Under the pieces are notes generated by a model. That model was given only the letters and a program-made list of their open reading frames with translations, did not search any database and was not told where the DNA came from. Both the position numbers and the translations under genes were made by a program. DNA of 64,000 nucleotides from the NCBI RefSeq assembly GCF_006345805.1, contig NC_042998.1:30876001-30940000 (forward strand), read 5' to 3'. The DNA comes from Octopus sinensis. Its lineage: Eukaryota. Shown here piece after piece: positions 25,263-38,351 of the stretch. Each line of letters starts with the position of its first letter. Within the stretch, counting starts at the first letter, position 1.

Positions 25263-25579
25263 ATAACTGTGCTTGAGAAGACCTGTTGAGTCAAGTGAAA
25301 TCATTGTCGTGACTGATGCCAGTACTGCCTGACTGGCACCACGTTCTGTTGGCACATAAAAAGCGTGATCAATGCCAGTGCCGCCTGACTGATCGGTGTG
25401 CCAGTGACACATAAAAAGCACCCACTATACTCTTGTGGTTGACATTAGAAGGGACATCCAGCTGTAGAAGCCTTGCCAGATAAGATTGGAACTTGGTGCA
25501 GCCTTCTGGCTTGCCAGTCCTCAGTCAAACTGTCCAACACATGACAGCATGGAGAGCGGATATTAAATGATGATGATAG

Positions 25580-25720
25580 ATATATATATATATATGTGTG
25601 TGTGTGTGTATATGTATGTATATATATATATGTGTGCATATGTATGTATATATATGTGTGTGTGTGTATATATGTATGAATGTATATGTGTGTGTGTATA
25701 TATGTATGTATGTATGTATG

Positions 25721-25787
<67 letters not shown>

Positions 25788-25795
25788 GTCTGTAG
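25580..25795. repeat. (TA)/(TG) microsatellite
   Basis: Direct inspection. Confidence 0.9.
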
Positions 25796-25872
25796 TACTG
25801 TGAATAAATGTATTCAAACTTACATAGGCAGTATTAGCTTTATGCTAATGAAAGGACTCAGCTTATCTAGCT

Positions 25873-26339
25873 CAGTGGTTCTCAACCATTTTTACCTATG
25901 GCACCGGTGGCACGTAAAGAGCACCCAGTACACTCTGTAAAGTGGTTGACGTTAGGAAGGGCATCCAGCCATAGAAGCAATGCCACAACAGACAATCGGA
26001 GTCTGGACAGCTCTCTGCTAACCAGCTCCATGTCAAACGATCCAACCCATGCAAACATGGAAAGTGGACGTTAAACGATGATGATGATGGAACCCTTTGA
26101 TTCCTATTTGAAGTGGGTGAACCCTAAAAGCCATTCATTGTTTAAAAGACCCTGTTGGTTGTTTAAAATTAAATATTTTTAGGAAATGTATAAAAAATTC
26201 TCGTGAAATATTTTGTGTATTGAAGAAATATAACTGATTTATTGCACATAAACATTAACAACAAAATCTTATATGGATCCTACCCCCAGGATCATATGGG
26301 CCCCCAAGGATCATATGGATCCTGACTGAGACTCAGTTT
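25873..26339. mobile_element. Degenerate hAT MITE interrupted by a SINE
   Basis: Left end cagtggttctcaacc; flanks atctagct / atctagcc; right TIR decayed. Confidence 0.55.
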
Positions 26340-26592
26340 ATCTAGCCACAAATAGAACTTCTGTTTTCTTACTCTTTAAAATAATCCGGCTACACTCAAA
26401 TAGCATTCACATCCAGTAAAATCATCATCGTTTAACGTCCGCTTTCCATGCTGGCTGACATGGGTTGGACGGTTTGACTGAGGGCTGGCGACCCAGGAGG
26501 CTGCACCAGGCTCCAATCCTAATGCCAACCACTCCGAGAGTGTAATGGGTGCTTTTTAATAACCTGTGTTGCAATTCTTTATGAACCTTTAA

Positions 26593-26812
26593 CCCTTTCA
26601 TTACCAACCCAGCTGAAACCGGCTCTGGCTCTGAGTATAAATGTCTTGTTTCCATAAGTTTTGAATTAAAATCTTCCACCAATCCTTAGTCACAATTTAT
26701 GTTCTTAACACCAGCTTAATGATAACTAAGTTATTTTACTAAATTCTTTGTAATATTTAAAGTAATTGAAAGAAACACAGAGCATCTCAACAGAAATACA
26801 GTAATGAAAGGG
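26593..26812. mobile_element. piggyBac-like MITE (same family)
   Basis: TTAA|CCCTTTC ... GAAAGGG|TTAA. Confidence 0.85.
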
Positions 26813-28121
26813 TTAAAGATCATTAAACTCAGAATAAATTTGATTAACCATAAATCCCACCATTTTATTTCTATTGAAGTTCATTTAGTTCTTCTTCCCA
26901 TGTGCTTATACACTGTTTTTTTTTTTATAATGTTATTTATTCTTTATATTTCCAGCTAAAGAAGAGAAGCAAAAATTAAACCTTTAAAAATTGTAAGCTC
27001 AGAATAAAACACTACAGAATAAAAAGTAATTTGCATTCTTGATCCTTCGTTTGTGTTCCTTCAAATTGTTGCAGTTTGATTTGTATTTTCATATAATAAA
27101 AAAATACTTTGCTTGCCTTTATGTTGCAATATGAAATCCCTTGCAAAAAAAAAATTGTGCTACAAGCCAAAGTATTATTTTACTTTGTAGAGAAGCCCTA
27201 GTAACAAAAGGATGCAGTTTTCAGCAATGTAATATAAGTGAGATCATCTTCAGAGATTAGAGATGATGAGGATTAACGTTTGTAACAACTTCAAAGATGT
27301 TAGCTTTGCTATTGTTGATGTGTGTCTAAATGTGTGTAAAATAGTTTGAGATGTGTATTCGTTGCAGCATAATGCAGCCAAAGGAGTCTACATTGTTGTG
27401 GTATCTGTGGTATTTGAAAGATGCTTTCAAAGTCTCTGTTCATAAAAGCAGTGCAAGGCTAGTGTGGAGCATTTTAGATTTCAAGGCAGAAGATTAGACA
27501 GGCGTGAAGGATGGCGTTAACTGTGAAGTTGTGTATTTATGTCAGCCTTTGGAATTAACAGCAAATAAGTTGTTAATTTTATAAAACTGTCATTTGTTCT
27601 AGTCTTGGACAGTGTGCAATTAATACCTTTGAAATCGTGGCAAGTACTAGGCTTCACCATCACTGACGATCTTTCTTGGCGATCTTGCTTTCATTAAGAT
27701 AAGATAGAAAAGAAGTGTCTTTCTTCAAGACAGGACCGGCTCTGAATTGTTGCTGACCCTCTTGAAAACTCGAATAAGACCCACAATAATATATTATTTC
27801 CATATCTGTACCGTTGCTATTGCTTGGCACAGAAACCTTTGGAACCCACAAGCAAAAAATCCAGCTGATTTAAAGCGGCGAGCTGGTAGAAACGTTAGCA
27901 CGCCGGGCGAAATGCGTAGCCGTATTTCATCTGCCGTTAGGTTCTGAGTTCAAATTCCGCCGAGGTCGACTTTGCCTTTCATCCATTCGGGGTCGATAAA
28001 TTAAGTACCAGTTACGCACTGGGGTAGATGTAATCGACTTAATCCGTTTGTCTGTCCTTGTTTGTCCCCTCTATGTTTAGTCCCTTATGGGTAATAAAAA
28101 AAAACCAGATAACCATCTGGC

Positions 28122-28415
28122 CGATTGGTGAAGATACACCTGTCAACACATAATTTCACTTCTTCGTGCTTTTTTCTGCTAAATACAACTTCTGTTACTC
28201 AGAACTAGCAAATTGCATACGACCTCCATTTAAGACAATCTCATACGTCCATTTCAGTTCTTATTATTATCACGTGATCACCCTCTAGAGACTCGAATCC
28301 CAGCTGCGAAACTATCAGTTCCCGAACATGAGTAAGCCACAATCAGATCATTACAGGTTTCACGTGAACAGCCTAAAAATCGACCAATCAGCTTAAAGCT
28401 ATGCCGTGAACAGCA
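28122..28415. promoter_or_regulatory. Promoter/enhancer-like motif cluster
   Basis: TCACGTGA twice (CACGTG at 28271 and 28361), CCAATCAG at 28384, ATTGG at 28124, locally raised CpG. Confidence 0.3.
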
Positions 28416-29513
28416 TCTTGAATATTGTTGAGTTTTGTGCCCTTTTTCCCAGCAGTTAAGCAGTTTGGCTCCTAAATCATAGTAACGTGATGTTGGGATT
28501 CAAGCAGGACAAACTAGAAAAAGATCTTAGCAATATGCGGATGACCTTTATATATTTTTTTTTTCCATTCAGATAGCAAATGGCCAAGCAAATGCTGTTA
28601 AATCAATTCTTACTATTTTTGTAGACAGTGAGGATTTGATAATTATATAAATATAAATGTTCGTGCCTAGCCTATCAATAAAATCTGTTGCTGGTCTTGT
28701 TGTAATGTACGCAACCAGCCTGATCTTAAATTCAATTAATAAAAATACAATATCAATTTTTTTCACGATTCGACCCCCGCAAAAATGGTGGCTCAACGAA
28801 GAAAAGCCTACACTGACCGCCCTCACCCCAAACCATTCAGTATTTCCTGTTCCAAGCCCCACTCAAAACTCTACGCCAGACCCCACCTCTTTTTTTTATA
28901 TATTCTAGAATATTTACTCTCTGAAAGTCCCTTTTTGGATGCGTTTTTCTGGCGGATCTCGACTTAAAGCGTTAAAACTGAACATTCAATACATATGAAT
29001 ATCCATAATTTGGAACTCATTGTTCAAGAATTTCCGAGAACAAATAAAGCATGAAAATATAATTTTCACTAAAATGAATTCTTAAATTCTCGAAGTGATC
29101 TCTCCTAGTCACTTACTTTTCTTGAGTCCCTGATAATCGCCATCATCATCATCATCATCATCATCAGGTCGTGCTTATTGCACGGGTCACTGTGAATCGT
29201 TCTCTTCATTTTGTCCGGTCCGCCATTGCACGTGGTACACTCAGAGTCCTCGAACAGTTGCTTTATACAGGTTCGATGTGGCCTACCAGCATCTGCCGAC
29301 CCATGCTTCGGTTCCCAGAGATGAACGCCAGCAATTACAATGAACAGGTAGAGTGCCAAGGTGTCACCCTGGGAGACATCGGCCCCTGTGTCAAAGAACT
29401 CAGTGTTGCCATCTGGAGAACGAAAACGAACTATAGATTGAGTGTTTGTATACAACATCATAACGGCATGAATTATTTCCGTCATTTTCTTTCTGTGTAC
29501 CCAATTAAAGACC

Positions 29514-30120
29514 TGAAACGAACTTAACGGGTGAGGTGAATATCCTCGTGGACTTTTGGGGTGCACAAAGCAATCTCTCACTAGCCGTTACTTTAATAAT
29601 CCAGAATTCTACAAGTCAGAAACAACAAGACGCAGACGTGAAATATATATAACTACTTTATTCTCTTTCTTGTTGACAATAACAATAAGTGTGTTATCTG
29701 ATGTCCTTGATTCTGGGCGCGCAAGGCTGAAAGTTCATAGATTGTAATATTTACAATGTCCAGCCGATGAAAACAGAAAGGGTCCAAGATGGCGTCGAAC
29801 AATGGAGACGATGTTGGTCTGCAACAATTTTGGTTAAAAGTCTTCGGCCAAAGGACTGCTAGAATCTAATCCTGACGGAGAGAATATATGCGTGACCGTC
29901 GCCGTCAATCGCTGGGTCCCAAGTCATTGGCTGCTGCTGCTAGCGGTCAAACGTTCTACGACCCCCTTGCCTCGCTAACAGCTACGTAGGCAATAGGGTC
30001 GTGCTACCGGTGGTTCGCGCATGCGCGAGAGGGGCCTTCCTTTCTGTGCCTTGGTAAAGGCACCAACACGCGCGAAATACAAATGGGCGGTGCGCGAGCG
30101 CGCGTTATAATATCACTACA
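29514..30120 (-). mobile_element. Solo LTR, 607 bp, CpG-rich
   Basis: TG...CA termini, 4-bp TSD gacc (29510-29513 and 30121-30124), splits the RTE RT between FVDFS and FNWVHRKKM. AATAAA on minus at 29662-29657. Confidence 0.78.
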
Positions 30121-30525
30121 GACCCAAGAAAAGTCAACAAAAAGGGGGACTGTTTTCCTCGCTCAAACTCCTTCAATAGCTCTTCGGATTATAAGAATCA
30201 GGGTGAATGTTGATCTATTTCTTTGAAAGCCATTCAGGTTTTTCCTAAAGATGTTTTCGATTGAGTAGCAAGACATTGTAAACTTTGGCAGATATGGCAG
30301 TGAGAGTAGTCATTCTATAGTTTCTGGCGACACCGAAATTTTCCTCCTCTATACGGTTTTGATGGAAAGGCCATAACAAGTCTGCACTGGTGGTGTTTAG
30401 GAATCCTGCTCAGTCCCCACGCTCTCCGCTCGCTCAACAGTACTGACAAGATTCATCCCCAACTTATTACAACAACCTTTATCGGAAACCCACACAGCAC
30501 TCTTATGTTTTATTACTGTCTAACG

Positions 30526-30744
30526 CAGTGCTTTTCAAACTTTTTGCTGGAGCAGAACCCCAAGGAAACATTCTACTGGCTCGAGAAACCCCTGTGCAAT
30601 AATTTAATAGTCTTATGCACACATATCTGCACAGGAGAATTAAAAATTACTGCCGATTTTAGCAGTTTTGTAACTTCTTGCGGAACCCCTGGACTGTACT
30701 GGCGGAACCCTAAGGTTCCGCGGAACCCTGGTTGAAAACCACTG
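30526..30744. mobile_element. hAT (Buster/Charlie-like) MITE
   Basis: CAGTGCTTTTCAA ... TTGAAAACCACTG with perfect 8-bp TSD gtctaacg. Confidence 0.9.
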
Positions 30745-31137
30745 GTCTAACGAATGTCCTCTGATAAGGCAGAGGTTGTCGCGCTCTACTATGAACTCTC
30801 TCATCTTGTGAGACAAGAACCTTGTAATAATGTCTTGGAGAATTGAACGAAGGAGATATGAATGCTCACCTTGCAAAAGATGAATACAAATGCAGCTTCT
30901 ATAAAACAACAAATCAAATTGGAGAATATTTACTGTCTCTCTCTTTTATTCTTTTACTTGTTTCAGTCATTTGACTGCGGCCATGCTGGAGCACCGCCTT
31001 TAATCGAGCAACTCGACCCCGGGTCTTATTCTTTTGTAAGCCCAGTACTTATTCTATCGGTCTCTTTGCTGAACCGCTAAGTAACGGGGACATAAACACA
31101 CCAGCATCGGTTTTCAAGCGATGTTGGGAGGGGACAA

Positions 31138-31168
<31 letters not shown>

Positions 31169-31545
31169 CATATATACGACGGGCTTCTTTCAGTTTCCGT
31201 CTACCAAATTCAATCACAAGGCTTTGGTCGGCCCGAGGCTATAGTAGAAGACACTTGCCCAAGGTGCCACGCAGTGGGACTGAACCCGGAACCATGTGGT
31301 TGGTAAACAAGCTACTTACCACACAGCCACTCCTGCGCCTGTATGAAGTCATATCTGAAAATGGTTTCATCTCTCTTAACACAAGATATCAAAAGCGAGC
31401 TGGCAAGCAGTGGACATTCACAAAGCCAAATGATGCAAAAGCACAGTTAGACTAGATATTCATTAACAAAAAAATGGACAAACAGTGTCATGAACTGCGT
31501 GGCATTTTATACGTTTGTTAATGTTTCCTCTGACCACAAGATATC

Positions 31546-31782
31546 TATTTCTTTACTACCCACAAGGGGCTAAACACAGAGAGGACAAAGAAGGACAGAC
31601 AAAGGAATTAAGTCGATTATATCGACCCCAGTGCGTAACTAGTACTTATTTAATCGACCCCGAAAGGATGAAAGGCAAAGTCGACCTCGGCGGAATTTGA
31701 ACTCAGAACGTTACGGCAGACGAAATACGGCTACGTATTTCGCCCGGCGTGCTAACGTTTCTGCCAGCTCGCCGCCTTCTGG
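31546..31782 (-). mobile_element. SINE family A with 12-bp TSD. Other copies near 14740-15240, 21766-22030, 23200-23680, 27873-28097, 33505-33690, 48710-48850, 51600-51810 and 52503-52725
   Basis: TSD ccacaagatatc at 31534-31545 and 31783-31794; core gccgaggtcgactttgcctttcatcctttcggggtcgat. Confidence 0.9.
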
Positions 31783-32680
31783 CCACAAGATATCATCAGC
31801 TAAAATTCACCAGTGCAGACTTGTTATGGCCTTTCCATACTGAAGCAGAGATAAAAAAAAGATTAAAAAATACCCATTTCCTAGCATCGTGATATTTTAG
31901 TTCGAGATCTCTGTGAAGAAAACGGTGTTCTTGTATACAAATTATACCGATATTTTGCTTGACAGAAGACGCAGCAACCTCTGTCAACTGATTTAAGGGG
32001 TTTAATGTTCGGACAGTGAAGGTAGAAATGTTGAAATGCATTTTTGATTTCAACATTTTGAATTTGACTTTGCGACCGAAATCACTTCATCACTTGACAC
32101 TCCTAAATCCATGCCGTTAGCTCACTTGAGTTATTTTTCGTAGCTTAATTCTTTTTCAAATTTTTCTCATACTTATTTTTCCTTTTCTTTTTATTATTTT
32201 TACCTTTATTGTCATACTTATATCGTATTTAGATAATGTAAGCAACCAGTACAAAGCAAAACACTAAACACTCGAAATATAAACTGACGTACTGGTTGCA
32301 GATATCGAATTTCCATTGTAAACTCAAACAGATGTTACATTTTGGGCGTTGACTTTTATTGTGTATATCCGTGTTTGCGTCCTGTAAATATCGCTTTTAA
32401 AAAGCAAATGCATTTGATTTAACACAGATTTTAAGTATTATCATCAACGCAACTACAAAAAGTCGATATTTCAAAAACATCAAGTATGTGCTGAAATTAC
32501 TTCACTGATATGAACTACAACAAGAACTTTTAATCGAATGAATCGACCTCGTTACTTACTTCTTCTGCTAAACCTGGTACGTTTGCTGAACCGCTAAGTT
32601 ACAGGAGCGTAACCACGCTGACATCAGTTGTCAAGCGGCGATTGGGGTCAAACAGAGACACCAAGAAGCACACACACACA

Positions 32681-32751
<71 letters not shown>

Positions 32752-33090
32752 GAGAGGCGCAATGGCCCAGCGGATTTGCGGTTGTAGGATCGCGGTTTCG
32801 ATTCCCAGACCGGGCGTTGTGTGCGTTTATTGAGCGAAAACACCTAAACGCTCCACGAGGCTCCGGCAGAGAATGGTGGCGATCCCTGCTGTACCATTTC
32901 ACCACAACTTTCTCGCACTCTTTCTTCTGTTGGCCTGCTCGCTTAGCCAGCGGGGTGGCGTCATTTGAAGGCTAAAACAATGCGAAGCGCATTGTGACCA
33001 GCGATGTGTAGCAACGTCTGATAGTCTGGTCGGTCACGGGGATCACGCTGATATATATATTAGAAGGTTTGGAGGTTATGTACAGGTATT

Positions 33091-33310
33091 ATATATTAGA
33101 AAAAATAAGGTACTCGAAAATCTGGATGGTCCTAAAATTTACAGATTTTCATTAATATGTCACATGTTTTTATAAATCATATATTAGCGCTTGCATCTAC
33201 TCTAGTAGAATCTTCAAGCGCTAATTTATAAAAACATGTGACATGTTAATAAAAATCTGTAAATGTACAACCATCCAGATTTCTGAGTACCTTATTTTTT
33301 CTAATATATA
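33091..33310. repeat. Foldback palindrome, arms about 100 bp
   Basis: tattagaaaaaataaggtactc... pairs with ...gagtaccttattttttctaata. Confidence 0.85.
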
Positions 33311-35091
33311 TATATATACACACGACGGGCTTCTTTCAATTTCTCTCTATCAAACCCACTCGCGAGGCTTTGGTCAGCCGGAGGCTATAGTAGACGACAC
33401 TTGCCTAAGGAGCCACGCAGTAGAACTGAACCCGGGACTATGTGGTTAGGGAGCAAGCCTCTTACCACACAACCACATCTGCGCTATATTATTTTTACAA
33501 ACGCTAAGGCGGCAAGCTAGCAGAATCGTTAGCACACTGCACAGAATGCTTAGCGGCGTTTCGTCTGTCTTTGTGTTCTGAGTTCAAATTCCACTAGTCG
33601 ACTTTGCCTTATATCTATTCGAGGTCGACGAAATAAGTTCCAGTCGAACAATGGAGTCGACCTAGTCGACTACCTCTCTCTCAAAATTTCAGGCTTAGTT
33701 AAGGTAATAGCTGGTAACACATTAAAACTAAAATATTCTTTATATCTTTATTGCAGGCATATAGCCTAAAAAAAAAAGAAGGGGCAATACGAAGACGGAC
33801 AACACAAAACGTGGGGTACATAAAATGAATAAATGAAGTTATGTATGACAATAAAATCGAATGAAAAAATGTGATGGCTTACGAGCCCCCCAAAGCTCGC
33901 AAAAACTAAAATATTCTTAGTACATTTCAAATAGATAGCAAAGAGTACACATTGGTAAAGTATTCGATTAAAATAAGATTGCTTTAGTCTTTCTATTATA
34001 ATTATGTTTACACTTATATCAGTACTTGACGAGTTCATTATTTTATTGAACCTGGGTGGTCGTAAGGAAAAGTTTTCGGCCTGATTTGAAATCAGAATGT
34101 AAAAAAACAGCAAGTTAACCCTATGAAAGATTTGAACCAGCATCCTATCTCCTACTAACATAGATTTTTAGACAACAATTTTTCTTTTTTTCTAGAATTT
34201 ATTAAATAGTAAAACTGTACATGAATATCAAAGGAATTGGGTTTTTTTTCCTATTAATCATAAAGGTTGAACTCAGAGGGGACAGACAAGGGGTCGGGGT
34301 GATTCGCCAACGAATGATAAACGGTATTTTTATAAATTTATAATAAATAAAATATGGATTGTGATGATGATGATGAAGTGAGGGACGTGGGGAAAAAATT
34401 CAAATGAAAATCAAACAGTTCAGTCCATTTCTTTGGAACACTGGTATCTCAAATTAATAATTTCTCGATATTTTGCTGAATGGACTGGACCTGTGATTTG
34501 TCACTGAACAAGCGATTACAGATCCTTATACACCACAAGTGCCAAGAGCGGATTTAGCCTGTACAATTACATATGGAACATTCTTGTCTTTACAGAGTAA
34601 AGGATGGTGGTGTTTCTATTGTGAGTTGAACTATTACTTTATTTCAGAATTTGCTATTTAGGCATAACATGAAGGGGACCTTACAAAACATGTGGGGACA
34701 TATAACAATTAAAAATATATAAGAATAAAATATGATACAATGAGTGACATGAAAATGAACATGAAAACATCAAAAGTGAGTTGAACTATTACTGTTAAAT
34801 TACACTAGGCAACAAAATATTTGCTACTATTAGACAAAATGTGTTCGCAGGTAATTTGGGGGCGCTGATTCCGAATCTGCTATCATTTTTGCTCTAGCAC
34901 ATCACGTTTTTGCTCTATTATTATTATACTGCTATCAGAATTACAATAATGTGAAAATTCATGACAAATAAAATGAATATTATGTTAAGCGTAAATTACA
35001 GTTATTTGGTATAAGAATAATAGCAACTTGGTGGATAAGTAGCTCTCAAACACAAAAAAGTGTAAAGTGAATATTATTAATTTTATGTTTT

Positions 35092-36479
35092 TCAAAAATA
35101 ACTTTGGTGTCTTCTTTTACGCTTATGTTGCATGTCCGTCAGAATGTTTGGTGTGAATCTGCCACTATAGCGGCTTTCTAGTTCTTTGATTTCTTGATGA
35201 AATCGTTCACCATATTCATCGTTTACATCACCCATATTGGGTGGGGAAAAAAGTCAAGATGAGAGTGGGGAAAATGAATTTTTAGAGACATTCTTGCTTT
35301 CAGAAAATCATTCACAATTGCTACGTGGTTAGATGATTTTTCGTTTCACAAAAAAAATTTTACAAGAGAAACTTTTCAAAAGCAGTTTTTCTCTACTGGG
35401 CTAAACTTTTTCTTGAAAAAGCTCATCACAAATTAGTGTGCGAATTTCTGGTCCCTTAAAAACACCAGCTTTGATCTTAGCTTCACTCTTGCTAGAAACA
35501 AATTTTTCACTGAGATATTTGAATCCTTCACCGTCTTCATTCATGGCCTTAACAAAATTCTTAAACAAACCAAGTTTAATGAGTAAGAGAGGAAGGTAAT
35601 TTTTCTGAGGGACAATTAAAAGGATATATTTAACTTTATACCTCCTTGGAGTGAAATTGCTTCGGATCTTTTCCCTTTCAACAGTAGATCGAGAAATTAA
35701 TTTTTTTTTTGTAAGAAAACACTTTCAAACTTCGGACACTGATAGAATGTGTCCCTAAAACCCTAACTCATTAAAGCTAAAACCTGTACAAACGCATGAA
35801 CGATGTCATAAACAACAGTAACAAACGGAATATACACCGCCGATAGTTGCTTGTTGACAAACAACGGCAGTAATTTTATTCAACTGAATAGACGTCATTG
35901 ATTGGTTGAAATTACCGAAATACGACAACTTTAACACGAAATAACTTTGAAAATAGAAACTTTTCTCAACAACACTAAGCGTAAAAGATGCTTTATATGA
36001 CACATTCTACCAGTGTCCGAAGTTTGAAAATGTTTAGTTACAAAAAATTAATTTCTCGATCTGCCGTTGAAAGGGAAAACATCCATTGCTTCTCTTTGGC
36101 CACTCTTTTTGATCATAGTGATGCTTGAGCATGGTGTCATCTCTGCCGTTCCAAAGGCACAAAAAGCACTGATGCTTTGTATACCCCATTTGCAATCCAA
36201 GAAGCAAACCAATAACTTGGTTCACGCCATATCATTGGTAATGCAAATGGCATCCTTTTCCGTTTACCATTCAGTCATTCGGTTAGTGCTATGTAGCATT
36301 TTTTGCAACAAACATGAGGCGCCCACAGTTTATCTTGGTTCCCAAGTTAGCACCCAAAGTAAAGCTTGTAAGCATTTTAAAAATTTATTTGTAAGCTTAT
36401 TTCTCTGATCTTTGGGCGTAAATTTTCCACACACGTAACTAAAGCTGTCCGGGTGATTAACACAAACCCTTCTGCTCAT
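35092..36479 (-). pseudogene. Disrupted Chapaev3-like transposase
   Basis: Frameshifted motifs CVNHPDSFSYVCG, WAPHVCCKKC, MPFALPMIWREP, LLLGLQMGYTKHQCFLCLW, IKLGLFKNFVKAM, AGVFKGPEIR, GERFHQEI. Confidence 0.85.
35664..36084. mobile_element. Merlin-like MITE inserted in the Chapaev3-like transposase
   Basis: ggatcttttccctttcaac ... gttgaaagggaaaacatcc; perfect 8-bp TSD attgcttc. Confidence 0.88.
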
Positions 36480-36560
36480 CATAAATACATAGAGTAATAA
36501 CCTAAATCAACACTCAAGGAAGCCTATCAGTAAACTAAAATATAAAATTAATCAACTATA

Positions 36561-36900
36561 GGCGCAGGAGTGGCTGTGTGGTAAGTAGCTTGCTAACCAA
36601 CCACATGGTTGCGGGTTCAGTCGCACTGCGTGGCTGAAAGAAGCCTGTCGTATATATGTATATATATATATGTGTGTGTGTTTGTGTGTCTGTGTTTGTC
36701 CCCCTAGCATTGCTTGACAACCGATGCTGGTGTGTTTACGTCCCCGTCACTTAGTGGTTCGGCAAAAGAGACCGATAGAATAAGTACTGGGCTTACAATG
36801 AATAAGTCCCGGGGTCGATTTGCTCGACTAAAGGTGGTGCTCCAGCATGGCTGCAGTCAAATGACTGAAACAAGTAAAAGAATAAAAGAAAAGAAAGAAT
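36561..36900 (+). mobile_element. SINE family B nested in the Chapaev3-like element
   Basis: ggcgcaggagtggctgtgtggtaag head through the gaaacaagtaaaag tail. Confidence 0.85.
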
Positions 36901-37849
36901 AAATGTTACTGTAAAACATCAAAACATAATTCTTCAAAAAAATCATTGAAATTATTATCGAATATACTGAAGCTATGGCTATCACGAAACGTTTTTTTTT
37001 TTTAATTTCTAAATTTCAAACATTGATCACTTTTATAAATAGCTAAACTTACTACTAAACTACCTTTCATATAACCTGGTTCTCTTATTTATGTACTTTG
37101 TTTTAACAGCACTAGCAGCTATCAAGAAAAGTGAGTCTGCGTGGCTTACTATAACCTAGTTCTCGAGCAAGGCACTTTATTTCACGTTGCTCCAGTTCAC
37201 TCAGCTGTAGAAATGAGTTGCGACGTCACAGGTGCCAAGCTGTATCGACCTTTGTCTTTCCCTTGGATAACACTGGTGGCGTGGAGAGGGGAGGCTGGTA
37301 TGCATGGGCGACTGCTAGCCTTCCATAAAACAACCTTGCCCGGACTTGTGTCTAGGAGGGTAACTTTCTAGGTGCAATCCCATGGTCATTCATGACCGAA
37401 GGGGGTCTTTACCCTTTACTGTGAGGAGAACTTTACTATAATTACAACGATAACAAAGTAAAATAAATTCTAGTCTCGTGTGGCAATTTAACAGGCAGCC
37501 TACATTTGCCTCTATCAGCACGTATTTTTGTTTCAGTGATGAGTATATGAATGAAAATCGAAAGCCTACTACTTTGTTAATATTATCGATTAGTTGGAAA
37601 ATTTGATGCTGTGAATAACTAAAAATCAAACTATACGTGCTGTCTGAAAACTGATGTCAGATTCGATTTCAGCACCCTAAAATTATCCTTGGTCAGCCGA
37701 AAAAGCTTAAATAGCATGACAGATTGTTTTTCTGTTGCTCAGTGTTATCGTCATTTCAGTTGTTTTGTGTTTAATAACGGTGTTTCGCTGCTTTGCGGCA
37801 GTGTTGTTGTCGTTTCCTCTCCCCCACCTTGTTTGAAGGGGGAAGTGCT

Positions 37850-38268
37850 GGGATCTTTTCGGTTTGAACGGCAGTTTTTTAACATAATTTCCACGTAACT
37901 AAAAAATGTTAAACTTCGTATACTGGTAGAATGTGTTTATAAAACATCTTTTTCTCTTGGCTTTATTGAGAAAATTCTATAGTTTGTAAGATATTTGTTG
38001 GGTTTTTTTTCTTCAATTTCTGCAATTTCAACCAATCAATGACGTCTATTGAGTTAAAAAACATTTTGTGCCGTATGAATATGTCCCTCGTTTAAGAAAC
38101 AGATTGGGTTTATTTACATTTCTGAAAAAAAAAAAAAGATACCCCACCCCCCACCCCTAACCCTAAAACAGATTAAAATGCAATAGATCGATACTAGGGT
38201 CATAATTATGGGTGACAATTTCATATGACACCGCTAGAAAAAATTGCCGTTCAAACTGAAAAGATCCA
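37850..38268. mobile_element. Merlin-like MITE
   Basis: ggatcttttcggtttgaacggcag ... tgccgttcaaactgaaaagatcc; perfect 8-bp TSD aagtgctg. Confidence 0.88.
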
Positions 38269-38351
38269 AGTGCTGTTATCAAAATGATGTGTCGCTGAAA
38301 CCACATGTTTTTTTGGTTTTTTTTTCTTTCTCTGTTTATTTCTTCGTGTTT

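Larger units (their letters stand above)
29140..32060 (-). mobile_element. RTE-clade LINE relic, deleted, internally inverted and interrupted
   Basis: Endonuclease N-terminus (TFTVRTL...CIQEHRF) at 32060-31808 minus. Rest of endonuclease (...SSDHKIISAKI) at 30362-31807 plus. RT (AKVYNVLLLNR...FVDFS; SPDGNTEFFD...QGDTLALYLF) at 30360-29330 minus. (ATG)n tail near 29140-29165. Confidence 0.85.
34803..37744 (-). mobile_element. Chapaev3-like DNA transposon relic
   Basis: Imperfect TIRs CACTAGGCAACA / CACTGAGCAACA with a TTA TSD. Family assignment from recalled motif similarity. Confidence 0.75.

Noticed and set aside
23902-25940. Long ORFs rich in C, V, Y, M, H, T and I (up to 217 aa)
   Set aside because: Translations of (TG)/(TA)/(CA) microsatellites, which lack stops in some frames. 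The same applies to ORFs at 1383-1702, 7446-7685, 10068-10391 and 13998-14477.
28569-28908. Overlapping ORFs of 97 and 83 aa
   Set aside because: No recognisable motif, no consistent splice partners, and lengths within chance range.
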